In this document: piece after piece, positions 1 through 15,489 of the stretch
Layout: each line of letters begins with the position of its first letter
How positions within the stretch are numbered: position 1 is the first letter of the stretch
NCBI GenBank assembly: GCA_012295275.1
Contig: CM022672.1
Coordinates: 2,852,001 to 2,916,000 of the forward strand
Reading direction: 5' to 3'
DNA length: 64,000 bases
DNA from: Chrysomallon squamiferum
Taxonomy: Eukaryota > Animalia > Mollusca
The notes under the pieces: generated by a model
The model's input: only the letters and a program-made list of their open reading frames with translations
The model's database searches: none
What the model was told of the DNA's origin: nothing
Translations under genes and position numbers: made by a program

Positions 1-38
1 ACAGGAAGTTTCAGAGACATCGGAGGTCTATTTAGTAA

Positions 39-81
<43 letters not shown>

Positions 82-286
82 TAAAGCCGTATTTAAATTC
101 ATATCAGAAATCAATTATGCTGAATTTATAACCAGTATTTTGGCCACCGGTTGAAAGATACATGTGCAGGATCTACAGTAAGGACGTAGGAAGAACGGTA
201 AATATAATATATTCGTGGGAATAAATAATTAATTTTACTAAATAAATGAACAGTTAAGTAAGTAAATAGATTAAATGTGTATTTAC

Positions 287-356
287 CAGTTCTACGGATC
301 CATAATGTCTTCGACTAAACACTCCACGCCGAGCAGCCAAATCTGAAGTTGGGGAG
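287..356 (-). CDS. GARNL3: Internal coding exon of a GARNL3-like (GTPase-activating Rap/Ran-GAP domain-like 3) gene; the gene continues beyond the left edge of the window
   Basis: Minus strand: U-rich tract ...TTATTTTCAG| acceptor, 70 nt, CTG|GTAAAT donor. The frame after 1 nt reads SPTSDLAARRGVFSRRHYGSVEL, matching the vertebrate GARNL3 N-terminal motif as I recall it (EDLGCRRGDFSRKHYGSVELL). Phase 2 in, phase 0 out. Not in the ORF track because it is too short. Confidence 0.88.
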
Positions 357-1510
357 CTGAAAATAAATAAATAAATAAATAAATAAATAAATGAATATAA
401 GAACAGACAAACAGACAGATAAACAGACATATGGATAAATTAATTAATTAATAACAACAACAACAGTATAAATGACAGTTCAATGACAGTGATCATGGTT
501 ATAATGACGACTATGATAAAGATAATATATATCGCAGTTAGATGAATGAACAACAGCAACAACAATAATTGTTTTTCAGGGTGGTTTTAAACAGCGACTC
601 CAGTTCATCTACAGACTGGTATTGATACAGAAATTAATGGACAGAGATTATCGTAATTCGTGAAAATTGATAATATCAGAGGCCTCAAATTGTACATAGT
701 TCCTTGTCCTTACAGTTCTGATTAGCTCATATTTTTATCATGGAAACTAAAACAAAAAACAATATTGCGCAAACCACAAAATAAGTCGATACAGTGGCGT
801 GAATTTCATTTTTTATTATTATTATTATTATTGATGTTGTTGTGCTTTACGTATATATAAAGATAGATAGATATGTTATTTTTTTTCTCTCTCTCTCTCT
901 CAAAAGACATTAAACAAAGCCAGTGAATGAATATTATTCAGTATTAAAATCCTAACGCATCATTTGGAGAAATAAACAAACAAAAAATCACCACATCTTT
1001 GGAAAGACAAAAGAAGAAAAAAGAACGATTAAAACAGTGAAATTAAAAGATTCGAAACTGATCTATCGGTGGCGGTTCGGAAACTTTTGTAAGGGAAGTA
1101 ACTCATGTCTTTCAGTCAGAAAGATAGAGGGGGCTATAGTATTTTGTTTATAAGTTGTATTTGAGAAAGGTGTAACTGAATGAATGAATTAATGAAAGTT
1201 TAATGGATGCGTATCTATTATATGTGATTTTATTATTATTATTACTGTTATTGTTGTCGTCGTTGTCGTCATCGTCGTCATTATCAACATAATAATAATA
1301 ATAATAATAATAATAATAGAAATCCTTTTAACGAAAGACGAATAAAAGACGATTTTAATGTAATATTTTCAAATGGGATTTTTTTTTTTTTTTTATTATT
1401 ACTGGAAAAACGTAAAACAACGTTTCAAAAATTAATGCTTTAGAAAATATTTCGCTATAAGGACATTAAAGCTTTTCAAAAGACATTAACAGATCGTTAA
1501 AAAAAAGAAA

Positions 1511-1546
<36 letters not shown>

Positions 1547-3394
1547 TAATAATAAAAACGTATTGCGTGGAAAGCTTGTGGACAGTTTTTGTTTCTTTTA
1601 AATTAATTTCTTTTGTTAATATTTTCAAACAACTATTGCAACTACATATTCTGATCTTCGATTTTTATATTATTTCATCGCATAACGGTATTGTTAAATG
1701 TATTGCTTCATGCAATCGTTATCTTTTTGTATCCTAAAATAAAATCAATCAAACAAAAAATCGCCATTACGTTTATTCTTTCCAACATTCGCTACTTTTT
1801 TTTCCCCCTAAATATCTGATCAAGAGAAATAATTCTCAGCTTCATTCAACATTTGTCAACTTTTTCCTTCTTGATATTACGAATGTCCACAAAACTTTTG
1901 CATTTTTGATCACCTAAAGTCGCGAATGATTAAATACAAAGAGAAGGTACACAATTATTCGTCATAGTTAGGGCAAGCGATAAAAGCCCTCGGCGAAACA
2001 TAATCAAAACCAACATCAGGCGAATTGTTTGGAATCTTTGAGGAGCCCAAATACGTCCAGCTCCATACCAGCAAAACAATCTCTAAATCACCATTAATAC
2101 GCAACTTTTTTTCAGCTCGATCAAAAACGCTCTTACGCGAGATAATTCTCGCCTAATGGACATTATTGAGGAATCAGCGATGTAAATCCTACGTCTAACC
2201 CACTACAAATTTCGACCCGAGATTTCCTTTAAGAGATTTCCAATACGCGAAGAAAGCAGATAAACTCCTGGCACTGCTGAACAGTGTAAAAACGAAGACA
2301 TCAAGATACGACTTTTTTACCTCGTCACTCCTCGTTTTTTAGCGCGTCACATTGTAATTATTGTCGTTAGTATGGATTCGCATTTCCTCCATGATTAGCT
2401 GCTAATAGGAATGATAGAGTTTTTCTCGGTTTTTTTTTTTTTTTTTTTTTTGCTCTTCAAAAGATATTGTGCTGAACATCAGATGTCACTTGAAATCATT
2501 CTCATTCTTCTCTGGCTTAAATCCTTTTTTCTCATTCTAAGATTTGTTTTTTCCTCCCATTGAGACTATTTCCGAAAGCAAGTAACTGCCATCTCTGATT
2601 TGACTATTCCCACGAATCGGTATAATATAATTGCCAAATATTATTTGTCATTCGTCTGTTTTTGTTTCTTGGATGTTAGGTTTTAATACTTGTAAGATGT
2701 AACTGCCTGCTCCGATTAATTTTCAAAAGACTTAGATTCCTTGATAAAAAGAAGTGGAGAAAAGAAGAAAGAAATGGAGAGAGAAAAAAAAACACACATA
2801 AAAAGACAAAAGTTAGAACAAGAAGGAAATATGAGGAAGATGAGGAAAACCAAAAAAAATAAAATAAAATAAAATAAAGAGAAAAAAAAGATGACAGCGA
2901 TTAAGAATTTTAAATATGATGAAGAGAAAGATGGCGGGGAAGAACGCATTTAATATACTCGAAGGAATGATAACGTTAGCAACAAAGGTTAGGAAGAAAA
3001 TCAAAACCATAAAAATATTCTTTAACGTGCTTTTGGGATTTTTTTTTTATTTTGACATGTATAATATGAGAGTCTGATAATAATTTTAAATGCAATAACC
3101 ATTTCTTTGTATTGAGATCGATGTCATTCATTATATAAAATTTAAAGTACCCAGATTCAGTTTGTTATCTTGCATACACATACACATATATTCAAAATAC
3201 ACATTCTTATATACTACATATACGCACTGTTATGTTGTATATTAGTTTGAACTGGATCAGACAGACGGGATGAACTGATGTATTACTGAAGAATCTAATT
3301 AACAAAGGATGTGGCACTCGGATTATATGTTAAGCCATTCGAAAGATTAGAACAATTTTGGGAACATCCTTTCTTGAAATCTGCAAATTCTGTT

Positions 3395-3409
3395 TTATTT
3401 ATTTATTTA

Positions 3410-3448
<39 letters not shown>

Positions 3449-3478
3449 TTATTCTTATTCTTATTCTTATTCTTATTC

Positions 3479-3519
<41 letters not shown>

Positions 3520-3572
3520 TATTTATTTATTTTATTTTATTTTATTTTATTTTTTTTTTTTTTTTTTTTTTT
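3395..3572. repeat. Compound (TTA)n/(TTATTC)n/poly-T microsatellite
   Basis: Direct reading; explains the poly-Leu and poly-Ile ORFs. Confidence 0.95.
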
Positions 3573-3642
3573 GCCAGTAAAAATATTATCTATTTGGAAA
3601 ACACTGGGAAGAACGAGACAGGTTAAAGATACTCTGAATAAG

Positions 3643-3790
3643 AATAAGCTGGAACAGGATAAACGAATAGGCTGGAACAGAATAAATGAATAAGCTAGAT
3701 CTCGATAAAAGGAATAAGGTAGAACAGGATAAACGGCTAAGCTAGAACAGGATAAACGACAAAGCTAGAACAGGATGAACGAATAGGCTG
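3643..3790. repeat. Diverged 23-bp minisatellite, about 6 copies
   Basis: Unit approximately AATAAGCTRGAACAGGATAAACG. Confidence 0.85.
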
Positions 3791-4087
3791 ATATTTAGCA
3801 AAAGGAATTTGATCAGGCAAGAAACCTAAAATCAGACAAGAACTCCGTATCATTACATTGTTTTCGTCCCCGTGTTAATTACAGCAGGGAAAGTATCTTA
3901 AAATCTACGTCTTTCGTTTCACATTAGCTTAAGGCATTACCCATTTACCAATCTTAACGAATTTTCCTGCTCGACTTCTCGTCGTGTCGGAAGTAAAAGC
4001 ATAACGCAGATGAGGCTAGTTTGCCCTGAAGAAAGCATTTGGAAGTTGTGATGTCCGATCACCTCGGATTAGAGTCCCTGATGATAG

Positions 4088-4154
<67 letters not shown>

Positions 4155-6223
4155 CTGTATTTCCATTATTAGTGAAAATATTACTGGTCAGTTCAACACC
4201 TCAAAGACAATCAGGAAATCGCTGTCACAGATGTATATTGTTTTGTCGGCAACATGATTACTCAGAAGAGTAACACGTAAAATGACAAAACCAGAAATAG
4301 GAGTATGAACATAACACATAAAACAATATTACCATCAAGAATGAGTGAATCTATGGAAAACTGAAGAAGGAGGAAGAAGAAGAAGAAGAAGAAGAAGAAG
4401 AAACAAAAGAAGATAGCGGAAATCTAAGTATAAGTAAACAAACATATATGAACAACATGAACGTGAAATTAAATTATAAAACGAATCCAGACGTGATAAA
4501 GCAAAGAAAATATTTAAATTTGGAGACAAATATGAGTAAATAGTCTAGCAAACATATCTCTAAACGTTCGTCTTTATGATATTTTTATTTCAGAATATAT
4601 ACTAATCATATTAGTCACATTTTGACAGACCACTCGCATCAGAATTCTGTAGACGTAATTCACGTCCATTATAAACGTAAGCGAGACTGTTATTGTTGTT
4701 TAGAATGGGTTGACGTACAGCGGAACAACACGTGTGACTTAATTATCAGACGATTCCTTTCAGTTTCTTTCAAAAATTACTCAGTACGTCTTAAAGTTAC
4801 GTCCATTTGTTGCGTTGACGTGAAACGCGTAGCTTAGGTCACATTGAACTGTCTCAGAACAATGACACAAACCTTTTTCTTTTCTTTTTCTTTTTTAAAA
4901 GAAAAAAAGAAAGAAGAGAAGATTGTTTTTTTATAACAAGTTCTACGAAACAGTCTATGTTAATTTAATGATGCTGAATCAGAAGTGGAACAATTTTTTT
5001 GAAATCACTAATTCAGTTTCATTTTAAACCACGTATCATCATGCCGTTATAATTTGCAAAATGACTGTTTCTTTCACACTTTTATTACGGAATTATCGTT
5101 CACACGATACATTTCGTTTAGACTTCGGCGAAACTGATTTGGCAGCAGCATTGCCAAATCAGACCGTCATCCCCCGCAATAAATTATCTGTGATGGCTAC
5201 CTCAAATTACATATATTTTCTGCTTCGGATTTAATTTGGTGATTTTGTTAGATAGCACTTACTGCTAAAAATAGGGGGAATAAAGAAGCATCAGAACTGA
5301 ATGAATATGTATTTATTTTGGAGTCTTGTAGCCTGTAATGATTAAGTTAAATTGATTTATTTGACAGGTCGAACGCAAAACGTTTTTCCGTATTTAGAAT
5401 TTATTAATCATTTCATCCATACTTCCGTACTGTTCCTTTTTTGTAAAAAAAATATTATTTCTTTTTAAGGTAGACTTGTGACAACAATAACAACAACAAT
5501 AATATCAAATAACATATTGATATATTTCTTAACGAAACAAACAGAAAACAAGAACATACATACAGATGCTCTCACAGCCAATAAAAATTTAAATAAACAA
5601 ACAAACAAACAACGAAACAAACAAATAAACAAACAACGAAACAAACAAACAAACAAACAAACAAACAAACAAATAAAATAAATAACATTTAAAGAAAAAA
5701 CGAACATGTTTCTAGAGATTTTCTCCATCGCAATTTTATTTTGTTTAAAAGACAAACGAATGACAAATATTTTTCAACTACTTATATTGTGGAGAGAAAA
5801 AATGGCTTGTTATACATTATGCAGATTTTTCATAAGAATCGACCACCCTTAAATTTGTTTTTGCATAAAACTAGCTGCATGTTGCAAAGTGGACGTCGTC
5901 TTTCGGAATATGCAAGAGTTTGTTATTAAATCACTCTTCAACGCAAGCTGAAAAGTCCAGTGACATTGAATTTAGCCCGTTCATGCCAGGTTAAGAGCTG
6001 CCATCTTGAATTGCTAACGGCAAAACAATCAGCACCTTTCAGTGACATGAACAAAGACGTAAAATCGCAATTTCGTGTTGGCGAATTCTTCAACATTATA
6101 TTTCAACGAAAACATCTCCGACGGCGGTGCTTTAAAACTAAGAAATGATTATTTTACATAAAACTACCCATCTAATCTAATCTGTGTGCATTATTTATTT
6201 GTTCAGAAATGTCGACAGAGTAC

Positions 6224-6456
6224 CTCTGCCCCAATGTCCACGGAAGGTTAACGACCTTCGCGAACTCCTGTAAATTCCCCTCTTGCAGAATTCTGGCTTT
6301 GTTTTTGATAAAATGCTCTGGACACGTACACGGAATATTACACCCACTAAGTGGATTTATCGCGGGAACAAATCGAAATGAAATCGGAAATGGCTGAGTG
6401 TGCCCATCTGTCGTACAGAACGATTTCCCAAGGCTTCGCTGTTGTTTCTGCCACAT
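6224..6456 (-). CDS. Candidate alternative first coding exon (MWQKQQRSLGKSFCTTDGHTQPF...LQEFAKVVNLPWTLGQ-S)
   Basis: 77 codons + 2 nt in a GC-richer block, GAG|GTACTC donor (moderate). Phase 2. A CCAAT box lies just upstream (about 6493-6497). Confidence 0.3.
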
Positions 6457-8834
6457 CCATTCATGCCGAGAAGCGCAAGGCAATGGCGCGTTATTGGCTG
6501 AATCAGTGAGGAATCATTTCCACCGAGGAAGATCAATAACATAGAATGTATAATAATTATTTTATGACTGGTGTTGATGAATCGAAAAATGAAAGTACGT
6601 TATGACATTATTGGTATATACAGGATGTGTGCATAATTGTGGCGATTATTGTTTTTGAAACAAAGCTGTTATTAACACCGTTTTTGACAGATGTGACTGG
6701 AAATATTTATTATGAATTAAACGGAATTGCTATATTGCTTACAAAGATATAACTGATATGGGGAGAGTAGATGAATTCATTGTGATAATTATTACTTTAG
6801 TACAGGGTATAATGGTTATAGTGAATATATATATATTTTTAAATGAACCACCATGGTATTTTAAATCCATTTTAAAAACATTTTTTTTTTTTTACTGTTT
6901 CTTTCCGCCTCTGTTACTGAGTGAATTAGGTTAAGCAGTTATCTAATACATTTCTTCATATAACCATTAGTGAATAACGACATCATTATAACCATGTCGA
7001 TTTCATCTTTTATTCTAATCTTTCAAATCCTTCGATACCAATTAAGTGCGGTATCACGTAATAGCGCAGTATGTGACGTTTATAATCAAATACATCTCTA
7101 CGCAGTTACTGCTGTGATCTGTTTGATCTGCTGCAATAATATTAAAATCTCATACCACGCATATATTCATCATTACATGTACTAAAATTAAAATAAAAAA
7201 CATCATCATTTCAACATCATCATCATCATCATTCTTCTTCTTGTTGTTGACGCTGCTGTTGTTGTTGCTGCTGTTGTTGTTATTGTTAGTTAATAACAAA
7301 TTAATAAAACACCTGATATAGTTTATTCAGTACAATGTTTTGCAGATTTGTATGGTGTAATGACCTGTACAGAATTAAATTACCGTGCAAATTGATTTCA
7401 GTAATTTGATATTAAGCTTTGAATTAAACTTATTTTTCAAGTTAATGACCAATTAAATTTTCAATATGCCATGCTGAAAAACATAGCTGTCTGTCTTGCT
7501 GCCCACCTTCTACGGAGCTACAGAGAAATAATTTCGTCTTCAAAGTATTATGCTAGATTATTCGTATATGTAAAGGATAAAATGACGATGGTTGTTATAC
7601 TGGCTTTTTTTTTTGGTTGACTTGGATTAGAGTGTTGATTTTGTCACCTTTTATTATTGTTATTAGCAGTGATAGTTATAGCAGGGTTATTCATAAAATT
7701 CATATTTTAACCCTTACTTTTACTACTTTTCTTGGTGCTACTGCTGCTATTACTACTAATATTAATATTGCTGCCCTTTCTACTACTACTGTTACTAAAC
7801 CACATTTATCATCACAGCTATTACAACTGCTACTATCACTAGAACTGCTCTATTACTAAACTAGTTTTATCAACACTACTACTACTACCACCACAATCAT
7901 CACACCATTATGACCACGACCATTACCACCACCACTACTACTACTACTAGTAGTACCAGCATTACTTCCACTACAACAACTAGCACAAATATTATTTCTA
8001 CTATTGCATCTTCAACAATTTGATAAATTAATTAAAGTAATAACGCTGGCATTGATAACTAATCACCTCGGGTGCTGTGTATCACTGCCGAACCGAACAA
8101 GGGTTTAAACGAAATTTGAGAAGAGCGGGCTTCACAGCCTGTCAGATAAAACAGACAGGCCGAGCATCAAGGCTTTTTTTTCAAGCGTCCTTTGCCAACC
8201 AGAACATGTGCATCTGCAACCATCAGGCTGGCAAGTTTCCTTTACTCTAGCACATTACGCCGATTAATACAATTCCTTTTGTGGACATTGTTTTTGTTCA
8301 AACAACAAGACATATAGACGCGGCTGATCAATACGGGACAAAAAAGCATTTATATTTAATAAAGGCTGTGGCATTCACCAAGGTTGTCAGTCACTGTCGT
8401 TAATAGAATCGAGGAGTAAACACACACGTTCATACTACAATACGTTTGTTTGATAGAATGGAGCGTGTATATATATATATATATATCTGCATGCATAAGG
8501 AATATGTGTGAGCGTGTATGTGGGCGTGCGTGTGCATATGTACAGATAGATAGTTAGAATTAGATACAGATGTAGATATATTATTATCTCTGCATCTATA
8601 GGCGGGTGTCATCTTATATAGTTATTTAGCTTTCTTACTTTTAATTATTTTTTCCACCATAAACGAATGCGTACATATATACTTTACACTTTCAAGACAA
8701 TATATATATATATATTTATATTTATATTTATATACACACGACAAAGAACAGAACCGCACATTTTCAAACTGATGCAGCTTCCAGTCCATCACCGAAGTTG
8801 GACATTGTGTCACGTGGCTTTTCTCTAAACGAAC

Positions 8835-8935
8835 CTGTAAATGACGTTGGTGCTGCGGAGAGTGAGACATCTATTTCGTTGTCTTATGAAGCGTAATGAA
8901 TGGAGTGGCGTATCGATTTCTCGTTTCACTAACAT
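8835..8935 (-). CDS. Candidate alternative first coding exon (MLVKREIDTPLHSLRFIRQRNRCLTLRSTNVIY-S)
   Basis: AAAACATG start, 33 codons + 2 nt, CAG|GTTCGT donor. Phase 2. Confidence 0.33.
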
Positions 8936-11900
8936 GTTTTGTTCTCTCCGGGGAAGATTCGATTTATCCCCAGGACAGAAAATTTATAGAATATGTTTCC
9001 AATTTGTACCGGGCGTTCATCTATGTTAAAAATGGATGAATGAGTTAATTAAAAAAAAAAATAGAGTCTTTTTGATTAACTGAATGATTTAATGAATGAA
9101 CGAATGAATGAATGATTGAATAAAACAATGAATAAATTAATGAATGAAAGAATGAATTCAATCATTCAATCAACCACTGAGTGAGAACGAATACTTTAGT
9201 GATAAAGGATTAATTAACTGAATGAATAAACGAATAAGTAACCTGGAATGAATAATTTAACGACTTATCGAATGAATAAGTTAATGATTATCGAAAGAAA
9301 ATTTGGATAAAATTTGATATGTTTTACATTAAAGGCTATCAGTTATTACGCTTGTGATTTCTAAAAAAAAAAACACAAACAAGGAGTTATAGCTGAAAAT
9401 AAAAATAAACAATTACGCACCTAGGAGTATTAATATTGGCATCCATTGTACCTCAGATATCAACTCCAGAGAAAATCATAGTGTTATCGCTAGCTATGTC
9501 TTTCTTATTGGCTATATAATTATTTTTTTATTTTGAAAGCAAATAATAATTAATAAAGAAATAATGGGTTACTTTAGAAATTAGATCTCATCAAACTGAT
9601 TCTAAAGCGAAAAAAAAGGAAAAAAAAGAGTCATATTGTGATTTGGTATATTTTGAATTGCAAACACTTACTATTTCACTTCCTAATTATTGTCTTACTT
9701 TTAGATTAAATATCGATTCTCTTTAGTTGAAATATTAAAAAAAAAAAAAAAGAAGAAGAAGAAGAAAATGACATGAAGATAATTATTTTTGGTCTTCAAA
9801 ACGACACAGCTGCTTTTATGTTGTTTATTAATCATTCGTATTAATATGATTTACGAAAGGCAATAAATTGCTAATCCTTTGACAGATCTTGCAAGTTGTT
9901 TTTATTGTGATCGAGCCTAACAAAAATCTACCTAAGTATTTGCTGATTTACGTACCAGACTTGCATGGGTTTTAATTGAGACAGACTCGTGCAAGCAGAA
10001 ATCGTTAAATGTATCGAAAGCGTCAAAGAATTAGCTGACTTATTCAACAGTCTTGCAAATGTTTTCATTGTTCTTGGACCTCTCCACGTACTAATCATGG
10101 ATTTTTACGAAAACTCATCAACATACGCACGCGATTGTAATCCATGCAGACTGAGGCATTTGTGACCAAGACGAATGAATGGTGGTTTAACCACATCTCA
10201 TTACAGTTTCATATCAATGGTTGTTAACTGTTAGGCAGGACATTTCCATAAATATAAAGTGTAAGGAGATGCATGAAAGTACAGGTCTGATCTTAATGGA
10301 TGGCAAGAAAGCTATTACGATGAAACAGGTGGTTAAATGATTCGAGAGATAGCTATAAGGTAAAACACAAGAGTTAAATGCTGCGTTGATGATATTTTAG
10401 AATTTAACTGTAAGAATCATCAGAGGGGGTTGTGATGAGAGAAGTAGCAGTGGTAGTGATGACGATGGTATTTGTCTGAATGGTTGCAGGCGTACTAGCA
10501 GCTGTAGTAGTAGTAGGAACAACAGTAGTGGTTGTAGTGGTAGTACTAGCAGTGGTCGAGGTAGCTGTAGTGGAGGTAACGGTGACTGCAGTATTAACAG
10601 ATAGAGGGGCAGTATCATTTAAGAATAAAATAATCATAAATAAGTAAATAAGTAAGCAAATAAACAAGAGCCACAAAAATACAACTGGTTATAAAAACAT
10701 TCTAAGGAAACCAGCAATTATTTTCTTTTTGGATAATAGTTATAATATTTTTTTTTGCAACTAATTGTCTTTTCGAATTCTCTGCTTAGACAATGTTTTA
10801 ACGCAATTTAGTATCCAAGACGGTACAGAGGCAATGTGACCGGTCACTGCTCTTAGAGTTGGCTTTATTGCGTATCCAGCAGCACGCCTAACGACGTAAG
10901 AGAAAAGCAAGCCAACACCGCAGTGTGCTTCACTTATTAAAAGTTTAATGCTGAATGGCAGTCTAAATGTGTTCAGTACTTTCCCCATCACGGACCCACC
11001 CACATTTTGTTTCTTGGTCTCGTTTAAGGAAACACGCCCGAGGCTCTGATAACAGTCGCGGACTCGAGATACTTAAATCTCATTTGTGACTTGATGCCAT
11101 TGAGACAAAACTTGCTCGGCTTCAGGCTAGATCTCAGTGAAGTGTCTCTCTCGCAATTTTCTTCTCCATTTTTTTTTTTTTTTTTTCCGTTTGGGCATTT
11201 AGAAACAATTATTTTAGCCAAATGAGACAGAATTAAGTGGCATGAAAGTCATTCATTTGAAGCAAAGAAAAATAACTCAGAGTACATACATGTACTTGTT
11301 TGCAAATACTGGTTTCAAATCCCGATAGATGTTTTCTTGTTATCGTGATTCTACTTCAGTAATTAATGTGATTATTATTATATTTGATATTTATCATGTC
11401 AGATGACTGATGTTTTAGTATTATTCTCTACTCACTGACAAATAAGAAATGGGGATGAAACTGAAAAGAAAATGAAGACACACACAAACAGACATATAAA
11501 GAAAAGATATAACACTGAATTAAACAGTGACGATAATTCATTAATAAGCATTCACATTCATTTGTATGTTGTTTTCCTATTACAACTGGACAGATTAATA
11601 ATCCAAATGTTTACATGGAAATGAATGATGAGGTCACACGCATGCTTCATTACTTATCTGGCGATGATAAGCCGTATTTTTTCGCCAGCATTATTAATCC
11701 ATATTATCCATTCACGACCTAAGTGACAATTCCACGCTGTTCGGTGAAGCCAGGAAAAGCCAATCTGACCAGCTATTGACGCAGGCTAAGCCTATGTCCA
11801 GAAAGCAACTTTCGGATCGTGTTTGTAATGACAGGAATTAGCAGAACAACGGCGAGGATGTGCATGCCAAATGCACGTCAAACGGCAGCAACGCTTGATG

Positions 11901-12075
11901 CAAGCCTGTGACTGTGGAAGAACGCCAAAGACAAAGGATATGGTCAATCAGTGACATTCTAATCAATCTCAGTGGTCTTTTGCTTTTTATTTTTGTATTT
12001 TGTCGCAATAGTACCAGCAGTATTAATGTTCGTCTCTTGCCTTGAAGAACAACAACAAAATGAAGGTGAAATATT

Positions 12076-12113
<38 letters not shown>

Positions 12114-13614
12114 AAAGAAGGTGGTACTGAACTTTTCACATTGATAACAGTGCGGTACAAAATATTGTGTAGCATTATCAACATCACAAGCCTCTCTAGA
12201 CCTGAACTTTCTGGTAAACACATTTTGTTATTAACGGTCATTAAGTATCAAACACACGGCTTTTAGTATAATGATGATATGAGAAAGGAAAGTCGCCATT
12301 GCGCGCACCCAGGTTTCCTTCATAGACTAGCAGCAAGGACATGTTATTTGTACCCTCCCTTAGACGTTAATGGAGACAATGATATTTATGGGATGTTGGT
12401 TGTAACGAGTTACGTCATGCTCAAAGCATTCGCTCTATCTCAGATATAAGTTATTAGACAGATACTTGGAAGACAAATAGAGATATGAACTGTTTTTACA
12501 GATATTATTATGGTTTTGGTTTAATCGTTCTTGTTTTATTTTCCCCTGTATATGTTTGCGTGCGTGTCAGTGTGTCTGTGCGTGTGCTTAGGTTTCACGC
12601 GTAAGACTATAAATCACAGACTATAAATGATAATTATCATAAGTGTATAAACTGAATTTATCATCATCATAAATGTTTCCACTGGATCAGCACCATTCTT
12701 CATAAATGTCAGTACGTGTTCAGATGATAACACCTACATATCACCATCATAAATATATCCCCAGTATAGTTAGGATCATCTTCATAAATGCAAATATCTA
12801 GATGGATGCACATCGTCATGATCATTTTGTTAAGTCCTTCTGTACATCGTCATTGTAAACTGTCAAATAATCACTACATTTAGAAATAGTTTAGTTACAC
12901 GTGCATGCGATAGATACGTCACGTGTCTGCACATTACACTGTTAATCTGTCTTCCTACCGCCAGCACGATCGTCCACATCGATATTCTTTTCAACACCAA
13001 GAACGAAAACTTCCCACCAACAACGTCATAACCTATTTTGGTTAATTTTTCGAGTGACCGCAATATGTGATAATTAGCCTCGATAATCTCAACTTTTCTG
13101 CTGGCGAATAATGCAAGCGTATCATCACCGTTGCCATTATCAACGTCCTTTTGAGCACTGTGAATGGAAAAGTTTTCCGTTATAATGTATCAGTTATGTC
13201 CTTAAGCGCGTATCTGCAGCAGGGGGATAAGTAGTTGTTAGTGGTGTATGTTATCAAGTTCGACACAAACATAAGTAAGTGCTGATTTCCTGAATGGCGT
13301 GTCTTTCTTTCCGACCAGTGTTTCGCAGTGAACGTGTGCAGAGTGCAGAGGTCTAAGATCATCACCGGGTTCAAAATATCGACCAAAAAAAAAAATAAAC
13401 GAAAATAAAAGACGAAATGTTTTTTTTAAAGAGATGGTGATGTCTTTTACTAACTTATTTATTTATTTATTTATTTATTGCGTTTGTTGCTGTTGTTTGT
13501 TGTTGTTGGATGGAGTGGTGAATTTTATTAATAAAATCATGAGTGATAATGATAGAGATGATGAAATGATAAAAAGCGATCTAATAATGAAGATAGTGAT
13601 AAATAAACAACAAC

Positions 13615-13645
<31 letters not shown>

Positions 13646-15489
13646 GTGATGATGATGATATCAAAACCTATTTTCCTATCTGATATCTAAGTTATTAAAA
13701 CTAGCAAATTATATACATATATATCTGTATTTTTATCTGTCTCTTACTAAAACTGTATCTGTAATCTAGAATCAGATCACCCAAACGCTATAAGAATCCC
13801 ACACACCGAGAAAGTCAAAAGCGTCAAATCAGTTTCTATTCTTTCACTTTCAATAATTCTCGGCTGCCCAGAAGAAATATTGACCTCGCGAACACAATAA
13901 GCCTTGTCGGAAAATCGGTTTCCTGGCTGTGGTTATCAAACGTATGAAACGATTCAGTATCTCGTATCAAAAAAACATTTGTATTGAATACCTGTCTCAT
14001 ACGTGGAGGAAACCGCAGAATGCAGCAGTTACTGGGAAAGAAGCTAAATCAGTCGAAATTCTAAACACGCCATTCGTATTGACCATATATTATGCTCATT
14101 GTGTCTGCCAGTATAAAGATTATTTTGTCACTTACGTGAAAAATGAACGTATTACGTGATAACATCTTCAGGTCGACGTAATTATTTTGGTTATATGATA
14201 TTAAAAGAACAACAACATGTAAAAAAAAGAAAAAAAAAAAAAAAAACAAAAAAAAAAATCGATATAAAAAATCAAAAAAAAAATCAGATATCTGATTTGA
14301 TTAACAATTTAACGGCATAAAAGAAGAGAGAGAGAGAGAGAGAAAAAAAAAAAAAGAATGAAAAAAAATCGATATAGAAAGAAAACGAAAAAAAAAATGT
14401 AAAAAAATCTAAGATTGTTTTATTATTTTTTAATTTTTAAAAAATTCTGATCATAAATCGAAACAGAAACAAAAATAAGGTACAAAATTCACATTCTGAT
14501 CATCGAAACTTCAAAATAACATTCTCTTTTTTCTTCTATATAATTCACTAAAGCTCTCTTAGTCACCTCTTTATTAAGTGGAATTAATGTAAAGCAAAAG
14601 AAAAATTATCCGTTTGGACAGTCGAACATTATTTAGCATCGACATCAAAATTACAGCACGGCGCCAGAATCGATGATCGCTCACCATTAAGTAAAATTTT
14701 ATCGGAGACAACCTTCTGCGAAAGTTTCCTATTTCTGGATTCTTCATAATGTTGCCCCAGGCGTGATTTGTTAAAGTCGATGTAACAACACATTACCCAA
14801 CCCAACCATGGTCCCCACTAGACAAATTATCATAAACCTAGCAACCCCAAACCAAAAGATTGACGTCAGTTATAATGCGGTTATACTGATGAAAGATCAT
14901 GATGGTTAAATGTTCAAGTTTGAAAAAAGAAAGAAAAAGAAAAGAAAAAAAAAAGAAAAAGAAAAAGAAAAGTAAAAAAGAAAAAAAAAAGGAAGTAAGA
15001 CATATATTTTTGTTTAATTGTTGTAGGTCGAGCTTGTAACATAAGTTGGAATATTAACCGTTGGTCGTAAAAACACAGTTTATATATTTCTTTCGTTTTG
15101 ATTACATTGTACTGTTGTACATAAGAAAAGACTTGACAGAGATGGAGGTTCAAGGATAAATGTATCATCAAAATCATCATGGTCTTCGTCATCATAATTA
15201 TCATCATCATCATCATCATACACATTTTTAATCACTCTTGCCTGGGGACGGGTTGGCGTCTGATAGTTTACATTAAACCATTAAATGTGAGTTCATTGGT
15301 AACATTTTCACTGCTGTCATTGTTAACATCATTGATTTGATTGTCATCACCATTATCACATCATTAAAGTGATTTACGTACTTGCCATATTTATCATCAT
15401 TGTAATTATCGCCACAATGATCAATACAGTTGTAATCATTATACTCATATTGGTATCAGCAGTAGCAGCAACAGTAGTACGGTAATAAC

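Noticed and set aside
10397-10676. Thr-rich mucin-like ORF with a hydrophobic N-terminus
   Set aside because: Derived from degenerate (GTA)n and (TAAA)n repeats, with a non-ATG start and no supporting splice structure.
12918-12979. Phase-2 first-exon candidate MWTIVLAVGRQINSVMCRHV
   Set aside because: Weak donor GAC|GTATCT; could easily be chance.
13310-13395. tRNA or SINE-like GGGTTCAAA...ACCA followed by poly-A
   Set aside because: No A-box or cloverleaf could be built.
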